Both the position numbers and the translations under genes were made by a program. A stretch of DNA of 64,000 bases from Mobula hypostoma (Eukaryota): contig NC_086107.1 in the NCBI RefSeq assembly GCF_963921235.1, positions 111,292,001 through 111,356,000 on the forward strand. Direction: 5' to 3'. The notes beneath the pieces were generated by a model. It did not search any database. It saw only the letters and a program-made list of their open reading frames with translations, and was not told the DNA's origin. This document shows positions 25,818 through 37,558 of the stretch, in pieces. Within the stretch, counting starts at the first letter, position 1. Each line of letters opens with the position of its first letter.

Positions 25818-28322
25818 TGCTCCCATAGGACAGCCTACCACGGGTGCCATGGTTAGCGTGACACTATTACCGCTCGGAGCGTTGGAGTTCGGAGTTTAAT
25901 TCCAACGTCCTCTGTAATCGTCCTTGTACATCTTCCCCATTGAACGCCTGGGTTTTCTCTGGGTGCTCAGGTTTGCTCCCACAGTCCAAAGATGTACTAG
26001 TTAGTAGGTTAGTTGGCCATTATAAACAGTCTAGTGTTAAATCAGGGATCACTAGGCGACACAGCCTGAAAAGTCTGAACGGTTTATTCAACACTGTATC
26101 TCTAAGCAAATTAATCTAAGCAGCCAATATCCCAGTTGTGATCAGAAATGGAACTGAAATTAGAAATGGCTTATTACTATCAGAGGTACTGCACAGTGAA
26201 AGGCTTGTCTTGCATACTATTTTTAGATTATGAGAACACTCAGTCCTTTTTTATTGTCATTTAGAAATGCATGCACGCATTAAGAAATGGTACAATGTTT
26301 CTCCGGAGTGATATCACAGAAAACAGGACAAACTAAAGACTAACACCGACAGAACCACATAATTATAACATATAGTTACAGCAGTGCAAAGCAATACCAT
26401 AATTTGATGAAGAACAAACCATGGGCACGGTAAATAAAGTCTCAAAAGTCCCCAAGTCGATCGACTCCCGAGTCCCCGATAGCAGGCCCCAGAAACTCCC
26501 TGCCATAAACCTCCAGGCACCGTCAACTTGCTGATGCCTTGGAAGCAGCCGACCACAGCCGACACTGAGTCCATCCGCCTGAAAACTTCGAGCTTCCAAC
26601 CAGCCTCTCCGATACAGCCTCCCGAGCGCCACCCTCTGCCGAGCGCCTTCGACCTCTCCTCGGCTGCTGAAACACGCAAAGCCGAGGATTTCGGGGCCTT
26701 CAGCTCTGGAGATTCCGGTTACCACACAGTAGCAGCGGCAGCGAAGCGAGCATTTCAGAAGTTTCTCCAGATGTTCCTCCGTACTCTCACGTCCGTCTCC
26801 ATCAAATCAGGATTGTGCACGGTCCCCTACTTGACAGATAACAGACATCACCACCGAAGCGGCCATGCGCGCTGTCGTTGTTGCTGTACTATTGATACAG
26901 ATTCGATCATTACACGGAGCATTGATGTAGAACCAAGATAAAACAATAACAATGCAGAATCAAGTGTAAAATCTGCAGAGAAAGTGCAGTGCAGGTAAAC
27001 AATAAAGTGGAAGATTATAATGAGGTAGACTGTGAGGGCAAGAGTCCAAGATATCGTACTAGGGAATCCATTCAATAGTCTTACAACAGTGGGGTAGAAG
27101 CTGTCGCTGAGCCTGGTGGCACGTGCATTCAGGCTTTTGTATCGTTTTCCTGATGGAGGACCAAGAACATTGAGAATGTCGAAGGTTGGTTGGAGTCTAG
27201 GATTATGCTGGCTGCTTTGCTGAGGCGGTGAGAAGTGTAGACAGAGTCCGTGGAGGGGCGGCTGGTTTCCGCGATGTGCTGAGCTGTGTTCCCAACTCTC
27301 TCTGTGGTTCCTTGTGGTCACATGCAGAGCGGTTGCCACACCAACCTTTTACGCTTCCAGATAGATCAGATGGTGCTTCCCCCCTCCCGCCCGCATAATG
27401 CCCCCCAGGTAAACAATCAGGGCTGTTAATGTCACAGTATCCGGTGGGCATGATCACTTGTTTAGTCAGCAGGCTGTGACTTGTAGCACTTCTATAGAAC
27501 ATAGAACATTTAAGAGTACCGCGCAGGGACAGGCCATTCAGCCCACAATGCTGTGCTGAACCAGCTAAAGAGCAAATCAAAAACACCCAAACACTAATCC
27601 CTTCCAGTTACACCATGTCCATATCCCTCCATCTTCCTGACATCCATGTACCTATCCAAATATCTCTTAAAAGCCTCTAATGTATTTGCCTCTACCACCG
27701 TACCAGGCAGTACGTTCCAGGCATCCACCACTCTCTGAGTGAAACAGTTACCCCTCACATCCCCCTTGAACCTACCCCCTCTCTGCCCTCTGGTATTAGA
27801 CATTCCAACTTTGGGAGAAAGGAACTCTCTGTTCACCCCATCTATACCTCATAAATGCTAAATCTCCCTTCAGCCTCCGGCATTCCAGAGAAAATAGCCC
27901 AAGTTTATCCAGCCTCTCGTGATAGCACATGCCCTCTAAACCAGACAGCATCCTGGTAAGCCTCTTCTGCACCCTCTCCAAAGCCTCAACGTCCTTCCTA
28001 CAGTGGGGCTTAAATACTCTCAAAAATATCTCACCTTTGACTGGGTTGGAGCGTGTTGAAGTACAGTGTACTGTCAGGTTTCTGTTGCTGGGCTATCAAC
28101 CTGCTTTTGATTGGCTATTCTAATTAGCTTCCAGAGACAGTTCGAATCTCTTGCAATTAGCCTTGGTTTAATAAGTGGTTTGCTTAAAATTTCCTACGAC
28201 TTCTTAACCTAACTAAAGGTGTGGTGAGCAGCGAAACAAAGTCAGAAGCACCGAAATCTACTATTAAAGCTGTTCTTTTTTTTTTGTTACTGCTGACAGA
28301 TCTAACAAGTTAATGTAAAATA

Positions 28323-28382
28323 TACACCCGGTGGCCACTTCAGAAGGTACCTCCCGTACCTAATAAAGTGGCCACTGAGCAC
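28323..28382. mobile_element. ~60-bp Tc1 mini-MITE made of two TIRs
   Basis: TACACCCGGTGGCCACTT..GGTACCTCCCGTACCTAATAAAGTGGCCACTGAG, the same as the terminal hairpin of the Tc1 copies. Confidence 0.7.
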
Positions 28383-30163
28383 GTACGTGAGAAACTGTCG
28401 TAGGAAAGCAGTATCCATTATCAGATCTAAGTCTCTGGCACTTCTTGCCCAATGGGAGCAGTGTGAAGGGAGCCTGGAGAGAAGGGTGCCGTCCTCATCA
28501 TTTCCTCCCAGAGTCCTTGGATCCTCGCTATTCAATGTCAAACTCGATCGATTTGGGACGTTATCAGACGGGCTCAGCTGTTTCCTATCAGCACTCACAA
28601 GACTTGTCAGAATAGCCAAGGGAAGAATGGTGTCAAAGTCTTCATTGTTAATGGCTCGTCGGGGAAGGATCCCAACTTTGCTCAGAGATAAGTTGCTATT
28701 CTGGAATTTCGTTCTGACCATTACTCCCGCGGCTCCTCTGTGGAAGGGGTATCTGCTTCGCACAGAGATTCTGAAGATTTTCTGTTCATTTATCTATCTG
28801 GCACAAAGCCTGTGTTCCTATGTATTCCACTGAAAGATGTTGAGGTGATAAATGTGTTCACAGTTTGCTGTATCATGCTGTGTCCCAGCCTCACACACCA
28901 CAGCTTTCTTTGTTACTGCCCTGAACAACAGCCTCTCATCTGTGGTTCTTTCCACAGGACAATAGCCTCCTTCTTCTCTGGATCTCAGTAATGCTAAGGC
29001 TTTATAAAGCGTTGGTCAGACCATACTTGGAGTATTGTCAGCAGTTCTGGGTCCCATATCTAAGGAAGGACGTGCTGGTGTTGGAGAGGGTCCACAGGAG
29101 AACGAGAATGATCCTGGGAATAAAAGGGTTAACTTACAACCTGACGAGCTTTCAATGACTCTGGGCCTGTACTCTCTGGAGCTTAGGAGAATATTGAAAG
29201 GCCGAGATAGAGTGGATGTGGAGAGGGTGGTTCCAGTAGTGGGAGGGTCATCCTCAGCATGCAAGGATGTCCCTTTAGAGCAGAGATGTCGAGGATATTT
29301 TTTTTAGCCAGAGGGTGGTGAATCTGTGGAATTCATTGCCACAAGTGGAGACCAAGATTAAAGAAGGCATTTTTGTTCATCCAAAAGTCAACAGGTCATC
29401 AATGACAGATAATCTGAAAAACTTCCAGTGGGACCGGAGAAAATCACCTGGAGGGCATGCATAAAATTTGTTGTTGAAAATTTTTTTGGCATCTACAGAG
29501 CACCAAACTATAAGGTCCGTCCATCGTCATCGATGAAGACCTCGACGCCATTAGTACTTTTTACGAGGTCGAGTTGCTAGCTCGACACTCAACACAGCAC
29601 AGATGGAAAGCGTGGCTGGGAGCGACCGGACTGGATTCCAATTTGGGAATCTTCGCTCCCGGAGTCCGGCGCTGATGTCACTGCACCACCAGCTGGCTTT
29701 TGGTGTCGAGACTAGCGCGTGATTTGGATTTAAGTGAGGGAGAGATGCGCCGCATCAGCCTCACTCTCTCTTCCCAATTTCCATCTGGATCCAGTGGCAA
29801 GACAGAGTCGAGACGGCTGGAGGTGGGACTAGGTGCAGTGGATGACCAGGACATCTTCTGTGTCTTGTCCTGTTCTACGCGTTCCACGACGCTTGCAGAG
29901 ACCGCCTTCTTGACCACTGGACCTTTCATTGGTCTCGTTCGCTCAATCCGCCGGAGTCTGTTTTCACATGCTGGGATAAACATCTCCCTATCTCACCGAG
30001 GGTTTGAGACCCGTCGGCTACCCTCACCTGGTTTAGCCGGCTTGTCGAAGCCGTTGCCCAGGGTACGGCCGCTGTCGCATGCAAACAGCTACGGGGAGCC
30101 ACAGGTGAGAGCTGAGTGCCAGGTGGGGACCAAAGGTGGACTAACCGCCCTGAAAAGGAAGCG

Positions 30164-30350
30164 GATCTCCCCCTCCCCCTTTCAAATCTCTTACTAGCTC
30201 TTCTTTCAGCTAGTCCTGACGAAGGGTCTCGGCCTGAAACGTCGACTGTACCTCTTCCTAGAGATGCTGCCTGGCCTGCTGCATTCACCAGCAACTTTTA
30301 TGGTGTGTTGCTTGAAATTCCAGCATCTGCAGATTTCCTTGTGTTTGCAT
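30164..30350 (+). mobile_element. Young Penelope pseudo-LTR fragment
   Basis: TSD TGAAAAGGA(A/T)GCG at 30151-30163 and 30351-30363; same subfamily as 46809-47522. Confidence 0.85.
30211..30248 (+). ncRNA. Minimal type I hammerhead ribozyme motif
   Basis: UAGUC-CUGACGA-A-GGGUCUCGGCCU-GAAA-CG-UC-GACUG. Confidence 0.7.
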
Positions 30351-30407
30351 TGAAAAGGATGCGACATGTTCCCCCACCAGAGGTGCTACCCCTCCCTGAC
30401 GCCCCAT

Positions 30408-30897
30408 GCATCAAACTACATACAGCTGGTTGACGACATGTTTCAAGCACACAAAACCATGAAGTGCAACATGTCCCTAAAGATCTATTTTCTGCATTCC
30501 CATTTAGACTTCTTCCCTGCAAATCTTGATGCTGTCAGTGACGAGCATGGTGAAAGGTTTCACCAGGACATTGTGTCATGGAGAAACTGTATCAGGGCAA
30601 CTGGAATCTGTCAATGCTAGCTGATTATTGTTGGACACTTAGACGAGAAGCCTCAGACACTGAGTACAAATGAAAATCACCAACAAAACATTTTTAGCTT
30701 AGTTGCATTATTGCAAATCTTCAGCACCATTATGCAATAAAACATATTATATTCGATAAAAGTTAATTTCTTGTTTTTCCAAATTCCGGTGTGATACAAG
30801 TAGTCTGAAGTTATATTTGTGCTCAGTTTCAAATGGTCTATCATAAACAAAAAAATTCTGAGGAAGCAACACTTACGAAAAAATTTGTTGTTCAGTG
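30408..30897 (+). mobile_element. Chapaev3-type (CMC) DNA transposon 3' end, transposase C-terminal remnant
   Basis: CNMSLKIYFLHSHLDFFPANLDAVSDEHGERFHQDI, then after a frameshift YQGNWNLSMLADYCWTL; terminus ..AAATTTGTTGTTCAGTG followed by TTA. Confidence 0.75.
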
Positions 30898-31386
30898 TTA
30901 TCAAGAGGCTGAACAATTATCAAAGCAAGAGTTGGCACCTCCAGTACAAGACAGAGAGATGAGGAGAGAGGGTGGGAGAAAAACAAAGCAAACACTCCAT
31001 TGGTCTCAGGAGCTGGGATCTGTGGCTCAGTCTGAGAGATAAGTGGCTCCCTGTTCCTCTTTGCTTCATGTTTACAGAAGGTCAGACGTGGGATGCTCCA
31101 AGGAGCAGTGAAACAGAAATGAAAACACGAAGCAACTGGAAACAATCAACAAGTCAGGCAGCCATGGGAAGTGAAATAGAGTTCGTTTCAGATTGAGGGC
31201 TCTTTGTCACCAGGCTCAACCCAACCATGAGGTTCCAGCACAGACCGGACACACTTCTGTAAATACTTAGAAGCTACGGGAAGACTATTAGCCATTGTGG
31301 AGTGTGGACTATTCAGACAGAGTCTTGGTCAGGAATAAAGGGATCATTCTTGGACTCATCAAGGATGTCAAAGCCGACCAGCAATT

Positions 31387-31948
31387 TACACTCGGTGGCC
31401 ACTTTATTTGGTACCTCCTGTACCGTATAAAGCGGCCACTGAGTGAATGTTCCTGGTCTTCTGCTGCTGTAGCCCGTCCACTTCAAGGGTTGGAGTGTCA
31501 TGCACTCAGAGATGCTCTTCTGCCCACCACGGTTGTAACACGTGGCTACTTAAATTACTGTGCCCTCCCATCATTTGAACCAGTCTGGCCATTCTCCTCT
31601 GACATCTCTCATTAACAAGGCACTTTCACCCATAGAAGTGTTTTTTTTTGGTTTCTCACACCATTCTCTGTAAACTCTAGAGACTAATGTGTGTGAAAAC
31701 CCAGGAGATCAGCAGTTTCTGAGATACTCAAACCACCCTGTCTGGCACCTGCAATCATTCTACAGTTAAAGTCACTTAGATCACATTTCTTCCCCATTCT
31801 GATGCTTTGTCTCAGCAGCAACTGAACCTCTTGACTGCGTCTGTATGCTTTTATGCATTGACTTGCTGCCACATGATTGGCTGATTAGATATTTTCCATT
31901 AACGAGCAGGTGTACAGATGTACCCAATAAAGTGGCCACTTTATTGGG
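31387..31948 (-). mobile_element. Non-autonomous Tc1 derivative
   Basis: MGKKCDLSDFNCRMIAGARQGGLSISETADLLGF (Tc1 HTH N-terminus); TIRs at both ends. Confidence 0.85.
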
Positions 31949-32898
31949 CTCCATCCTTGACTGTTGACCATGCAATGCACTCAAGCAAATAAAACCTACT
32001 GCAGCTTCTAGAAGTTTCAAGGATTAGTTAGGGTTAACTTCAATTCTTGGACATAAATGAATGCTGATTATTTCAGGCATTGCTGTTCCGAGAAACTTGC
32101 AGGAAGAAACGCTTTTGGATAATCCCAATTCCAGGAATTTGGGCACAGTGCCTGTTATAATTTGTGGTCCTTTCTGTGGCTTGTGCATAAGTAACACTCT
32201 CATTCCCCTCCCCCTCCCCACCCGGACACAGATTCTACATCTAACCACGTCAAGTGCTTGTGAGTTTCAAAGAAATTTGCTCCGAAACGTTGATATAACT
32301 TGAGGCTTGTGGTGCTGCGGAGAGTCCACTGACCTCCTGCACGTTCTGTAGCGTGAGTGTCCTGGGTTCCTCCCCAGTCTGGGCTGTGGAACAACCCCAG
32401 CCAGGGGCATAGCATGCACTCTTTGTGAGGCAACAGAGAGCTTAGCTGCGACACAAGTTGTTGCCAAACAGCCCGTAACAGTGAGGTAACAAAGGAGCCC
32501 CAGTGCAGATCGTTGCAAGATTTCCTACTCAATTGAGATCTAAGGTTTTAAGAAAGAGGAGCGAGGCTATCACGTTTGTCAAGCCTGAGCTGCCATCCGT
32601 AAAATCATGGCTGATCTGACCGTGGACTCTGCTCCATCTACCTGTCTTTTCCTCATAACCCTAATTTCCCCATCTATACAAAAATCTGTCTAACTGTGTC
32701 TTAAATATTTAGTGAGGTGGCCTCTTCTGCTTCTCTGCGTAGCGAATTCCATAGATTTTCCGCTCTCTGGGAAAAGTGGTTTCTCCTCTTCTCCATCTTA
32801 AACCTACTCTCCTGAATCTTGAGGCTACGTTTCCTGGTTCTAGTCTCACCACTCAGTGGAAACAACTTTCCTGCCTCTATCTTAATTTCATGTGTTTC

Positions 32899-33017
32899 CA
32901 TGAGATTCTTATGAATTCCAGCAAGCATATTTATTTAGAGCTACCGTGCAGAATGAGCATGAGATTCTTATGAATTCCAGCAAGCATATTTATTTAGAGC
33001 TACCGTGCAGAATGAGC
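32899..33017. repeat. Perfect 59-bp tandem duplication
   Basis: CATGAGATTCTTATGAATTCC..GCAGAATGAG starts at 32899 and again at 32958. Confidence 0.9.
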
Positions 33018-35190
33018 CCTTCCCAGCAACCTCCAATTCTACCTGAGTGAACCTTGGGACAATTTACTATGGCCAATTAACCCACCGACTGGTACACCGT
33101 TGGACTGTGCAAGGAAACTGGAGCACCCGGAGAAAATCCACGCACTCCACGGGGATGACATTGGAATTGGTCTCTGAAGTCCGATGCCCCCGCGCTGTGG
33201 TAGCGTCGCACTAACTGTGGTGTGGTACTTCCAGGCAGCTCAAGCCCTCTTTATAGTCTCACCCCCCTCGTCTTCCAAATTAAACTGGCAAACCTCCTCT
33301 GCCCTGCCTCCAAAGCCAGCAGACCTTCCCTCGAGGAAAGTACCCCTAGTTCCGCCTCACCATTACCCTGTACAGCTGCTGCGTAATCTCCCTGCTCTTA
33401 ACGCCGATCCTTCTGGCAACGAGGACCAGCTTCGTGCACGATCACGGGGAGAAGGCAGGAGAACGGGGTTTGAGTGGGGTAAGAAACAGTGGAGCAGTCT
33501 CGGCTGGCTGAATGCCCTCATTCTGCTCCTATATCTTCTTGTCTTGTGGTCTAACAGCACTGGAGGGCATGATCGGACCCAGGCTGTTTTGGCTGTGAGA
33601 CAGCAGCACTACCTGCCGTGCTGCTTGACCTCCAACCGGCCCCAGTTGACTGTGCGCTTGCCTGCTGGCAGGGGAACGTGGAAGAGAACGGACGGGGAAG
33701 CAGGTAACGGGGGTGATCAGGGTGAATGCTTTTACAGCAGGACAACGACTTCCTGTCAAACGTGGAGAGAGCCCTCATTGTAGCATAGGGGGAAGAGCGG
33801 CCTGTTTTACAGTGTCAACCATCGTCGGTCAGACAGCATCCTGGCAAACCTCTTCCGCATCCCCTCCAAAGCCTCGGCGTCCTTCCTACAGTGGGGCAAC
33901 CAGAACTGGATGCAATACTCCAGATGTGGTCCAGCTGGAGTTTTATAAAGCTGCAGCGTAACCTCCTAGCTCTTGAACTCAATTACTCAACTAATTAATA
34001 AAGGCAAGCATGCCATAAGCCTTCTTTACTACACTGTCAACTTGTGCCACCACTTTCAGGAAGCTACGAGCTTGCACCCCAAAACCCCTCGGCTCATTAA
34101 TACTGTCAAAGGTCTTGCCGTTAACAGTGCAGTGTCTCATTACATTTGATCTCCCAAGATGCAGCACTTCCCATTTAGCTGGGTTAAAGTTCATTGGCTA
34201 TTTCTCCTCACAAATCTGCAATTTTTTTTAGATTATGAAGACACGCAGTCCTCTTTTATTGTCGTTTAATAATGCATGCATTAAGAAATGATACAATATT
34301 TCCTCCGGTGTGATATCACAAAACACAGGACAGATCAAGACTGAGAAAAACTAACAAAACCACATAATTATAACATATAGTTACAACAGTGCAACAATAC
34401 CATAACTTGATGAAGAAGTCCATGAGCACAGTAAAAAGTTCAAAGTCTCTCAAATGTCCCAATCTCACGCAGACGGGAGAAAGAAGAAAAACTCTCCCTG
34501 CCATGCCGACCACAGTCCGACTCTGAGTCATCCAAAAACTTTGAGCTCTGATCAGCTCTCCGACACCGAGTACTGAGCGCCATCTCTATCCGAACGATTC
34601 GACCTCCATCTCGGTCGCCAACAGCAGGCAAAGCCGGGGATTTTGAGGCCTTCCCTCTGAAAGATTCCCAATCACGCGGTAACGACAGCAGCGAATTGGC
34701 GTTTCAGGAATTTCTCCAGATGTTCCTCTGTGCTTTTGCGTCCATCTTCATCAAATCAGAATTGTCCATGGCCCCTATTTAACGGATACGATATCATTTT
34801 TCACCGGAGGGCTGGGCACATATTCCAAATATCGTTTGCCAGTCTTCACCACTACCCACAATACCACCAATCTTTGTAACATCTGCAAACTGACTCACCC
34901 ACTTGTCCATGTTTTCATCCTGACATTTGTATAAATTATACATACAGTGCAGATCCTTGCAGAACACGCCTCCAGCCAGAGTAAGTCCCATTGACCACTA
35001 GTCTCTGTCTTCTATGGGCAAGCTGTGACATGAAGCCTGGCGAGGATGGTAAGGACCCAAGTGCTGGAGTATCCGAGACCAGAATCAAGACACGATTTTG
35101 AGACTGAGATGAGAACAGGGTTCTTGACGAGGTGTTAGACGAGAACCCGATGAGATTAGTTGAGAATCCAAAAAGAGACAGAATCCTGAG

Positions 35191-36596
35191 GGTTCCTGTG
35201 CTGTGGAAGATGTCCTGCCTCGTCCCTGTGCCGAAGACGCCACGCCCCAGCGGCCTCAATGACTACAGACCGGTGGCATTGACCTCCCACATCATGAAGA
35301 TCCTGGAGAGACTTGTTCTGGAGCTGCTCCAGCCTACGGTCAGGCCACACTTAGATCCCCTCCAGTTCGCCTACCAGCCCCAACTAGGAGTTGAGGATGC
35401 CATCGTCTACCTGCTGAACCGTGTCTACGCCCACCTGGACAAGCCAGCGAGCACCGTGAGGGTCATGTTTTTTGACCTCCAGTGCGTTCAACACCATCCG
35501 CCCTGCTCTGCTGGGGGAGAAGCTGACAGTGATGCAGGTGGATGCTCCCCTGGTGTCATGGATTCTTGATTACCTGACTGGCAGACCACAGTACGTGTGC
35601 TTGCAACACTGTGTGTCCGACAGAGTGATCAGCAGCACTGGGGCTCCACAGGGGACTGTCTTGTCTCCCTTTCTCTTCACCATTTACACCTCGGACTTCA
35701 ACTACTGCACAGAGTCTTGCCATCTTCAGAAGTTTTCTGATGACTCTGCCATTGTTGGATGCATCAGCAAGGGAGATGAGGCTGAGTACAGGGCTATGGT
35801 AGGAAACTTTGTCACATGGTGTGAGCAGAATTATCTGCAGCTTAATGTGAAAAAGACTAAGGAGCTGGTGGTAGATCTGAGGAGAGCTAAGGTACCGGTG
35901 ACCCCTGTTTCCATCCAGGGGGTCAGTGTGGACATGGTGGAGGATTACAAATACCTGGGGATATGAATTGACAATAAACTGGACTGGTCAAAGAACACTG
36001 AGGCTGTCTACAAGAAGGGTCAGAGCCGTCTCTATTTCCTGAGGAGACTGAGGTCCTTTAACATCTGCCAGATGATGCTGAGAATGTTCTACGAGTCTGT
36101 GGTGGCCAGTGCTATCATGTTTGCTGTTGTGTGCTGGGGCAGCAGGCTGAGGGTACCAGACACCAACAGAATCAACAAACTCATTCGTAAGGCCAGTGAT
36201 GTTGTGGGGATGGAACTGGACTCTCTGATGGTGGTGTCTGAAAAGAGGATGCTGTCCAAGTTGCATGCCATCTTGGACAATGTCTCCCATCCACTACATA
36301 ATGTACTGGGTGGGCACAGGAGTGCATTCAGCCAGAGACTCATTCCACCGAGATGCAACACTGAGCATCATAGGAAATCATTCCTGCCTGTGACCATCAA
36401 ACTTTACAACTCCTCCCTTGAAGGGTCAGACACCCTGAGCCCATAGGCAGGTCCTGGACTTATTTCATAATTTACTGGCATAATTTACATATTAATATTT
36501 AACTATTTATGGTTCTGTTACTATATTATTTATGGTGGAACTGTAACAAAAACCAATTTCCCCCGGGATCAATAAAGTATGACTATGACTATGACT
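35191..36596 (+). mobile_element. Young Rex1/Babar LINE, 5'-truncated, disrupted (frameshift near 35470, stop at 35964)
   Basis: DYRPVALTSHIMK, LDPLQFAY, GAPQGTVLSP and KFSDD motifs; (ATGACT)n tail. Confidence 0.9.
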
Positions 36597-36734
36597 ATAT
36601 CGTTCGCCAATCTTCACCACTACCCACTATACCACCAATCTTTGTAACATCTGCAAACTGACTCACCCACTTGTCCATGTTTTCATCCTGACATTTGTAT
36701 AAATTATACATACAGTGCAGATCCTTGCAGAACA

Positions 36735-37141
36735 ATGTGGATAAATGTGAAGTTATCCACTTTGGTGGCAAAAATAGGAAAACAGATTATTATCTGAATG
36801 GTGGCCGATGTTGAGGAAGTCCAGAACGAGGGGTTACAGTTTGAGGATAAAGGGGAAGCCTTTTAGGACCGAGATGAGGAAAAACTTCTTCACACAGAGA
36901 GTGGTGAATCTGTGGAATTCTCTGCCACAGGAAACAGTTGAGGCCAGTTCATTGGCTATATTTAAGAGGGAGTTAGATATGGCCCTTGTGGCTACGGGGG
37001 TCAGGGGGTATGAAGGGAAGGCTGGGGCGGGGTTCTGAGTTGGATGATCAGCCATGATCATAATAAATGGCGGTGCAGGCTCGAAGGGCCGAATGGCCTA
37101 CTCTTGCACCTATTTTCTATTTTCTATGTTTCTATGTTTCT
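36735..37141 (+). mobile_element. Short CR1 insertion with an internal deletion
   Basis: TSD AACA (36731-36734 and 37142-37145). Relative to the 22851 copy, 421 bp are missing between two CCGAT microhomologies. Confidence 0.85.
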
Positions 37142-37202
37142 AACACGCCTCCAGCCAGAGTAAGTCCCATTGACCACTAGTCTCTGTCTTCTATGGGCAA
37201 GC

Positions 37203-37558
37203 TGTGACATGAAGCCTGGCGAGGATGGTAAGGACCCAAGTGCTGGAGTATCTGAGACCAGAATCAAGACACGATTTTGAGACTGAGATGAGAACAGGGT
37301 TCTTGACGAGGTGCTAGACGAGAACCTGATGAGACTAGTTGAGAATCCAAAAGAGACAGAATCCTGAGCTGAGCTGATGATTGAGTTCCGAACCTGAGCT
37401 CAGGTGCTCTATAAATATCCAAATCTTGGCGCCAAAATGTGGCCGCCAATTAGCGGAGCAGGCCAGAATCTTTAAGGGACCGTGCCAGCTATCTATACTC
37501 TGGAGAGTCGCTGCGCCTAAACCCTGGAGGCTGGCACGGCCAGGTGGGTACCATAACA
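37203..37558 (-). mobile_element. Solo LTR (356 bp)
   Basis: TG..CA termini and 5-bp TSD CAAGC (37198-37202 and 37559-37563); partial duplicate at 35024-35190. Confidence 0.75.

Larger units (their letters stand above)
30022..30405 (-). ncRNA. HDV-like ribozyme, interrupted in J1/2
   Basis: P2 UCUCACCUG/CAGGUGAGG, P3 GGC/GCC, L3 UCCCCGU, P1' GUACCCU, GG-GCAAC, P4 CGGCUU/AAGCCG, J4/2 G-C-U-A-A. Confidence 0.7.
29514..30410 (-). mobile_element. Non-autonomous RTE derivative with nested SINE (about 29556-29697) and Penelope (30164-30350) insertions
   Basis: Homology to 18221-18665; the sequence resumes after a 13-bp duplicated site. Confidence 0.7.

Noticed and set aside
33184..33783. 199-aa ORF, and a possible 32-nt exon at 33672-33703 (CAG..GTAACG)
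   Set aside because: The ORF crosses SINE and CR1 fragments and has no recognisable domain. The micro-exon has no supporting evidence.
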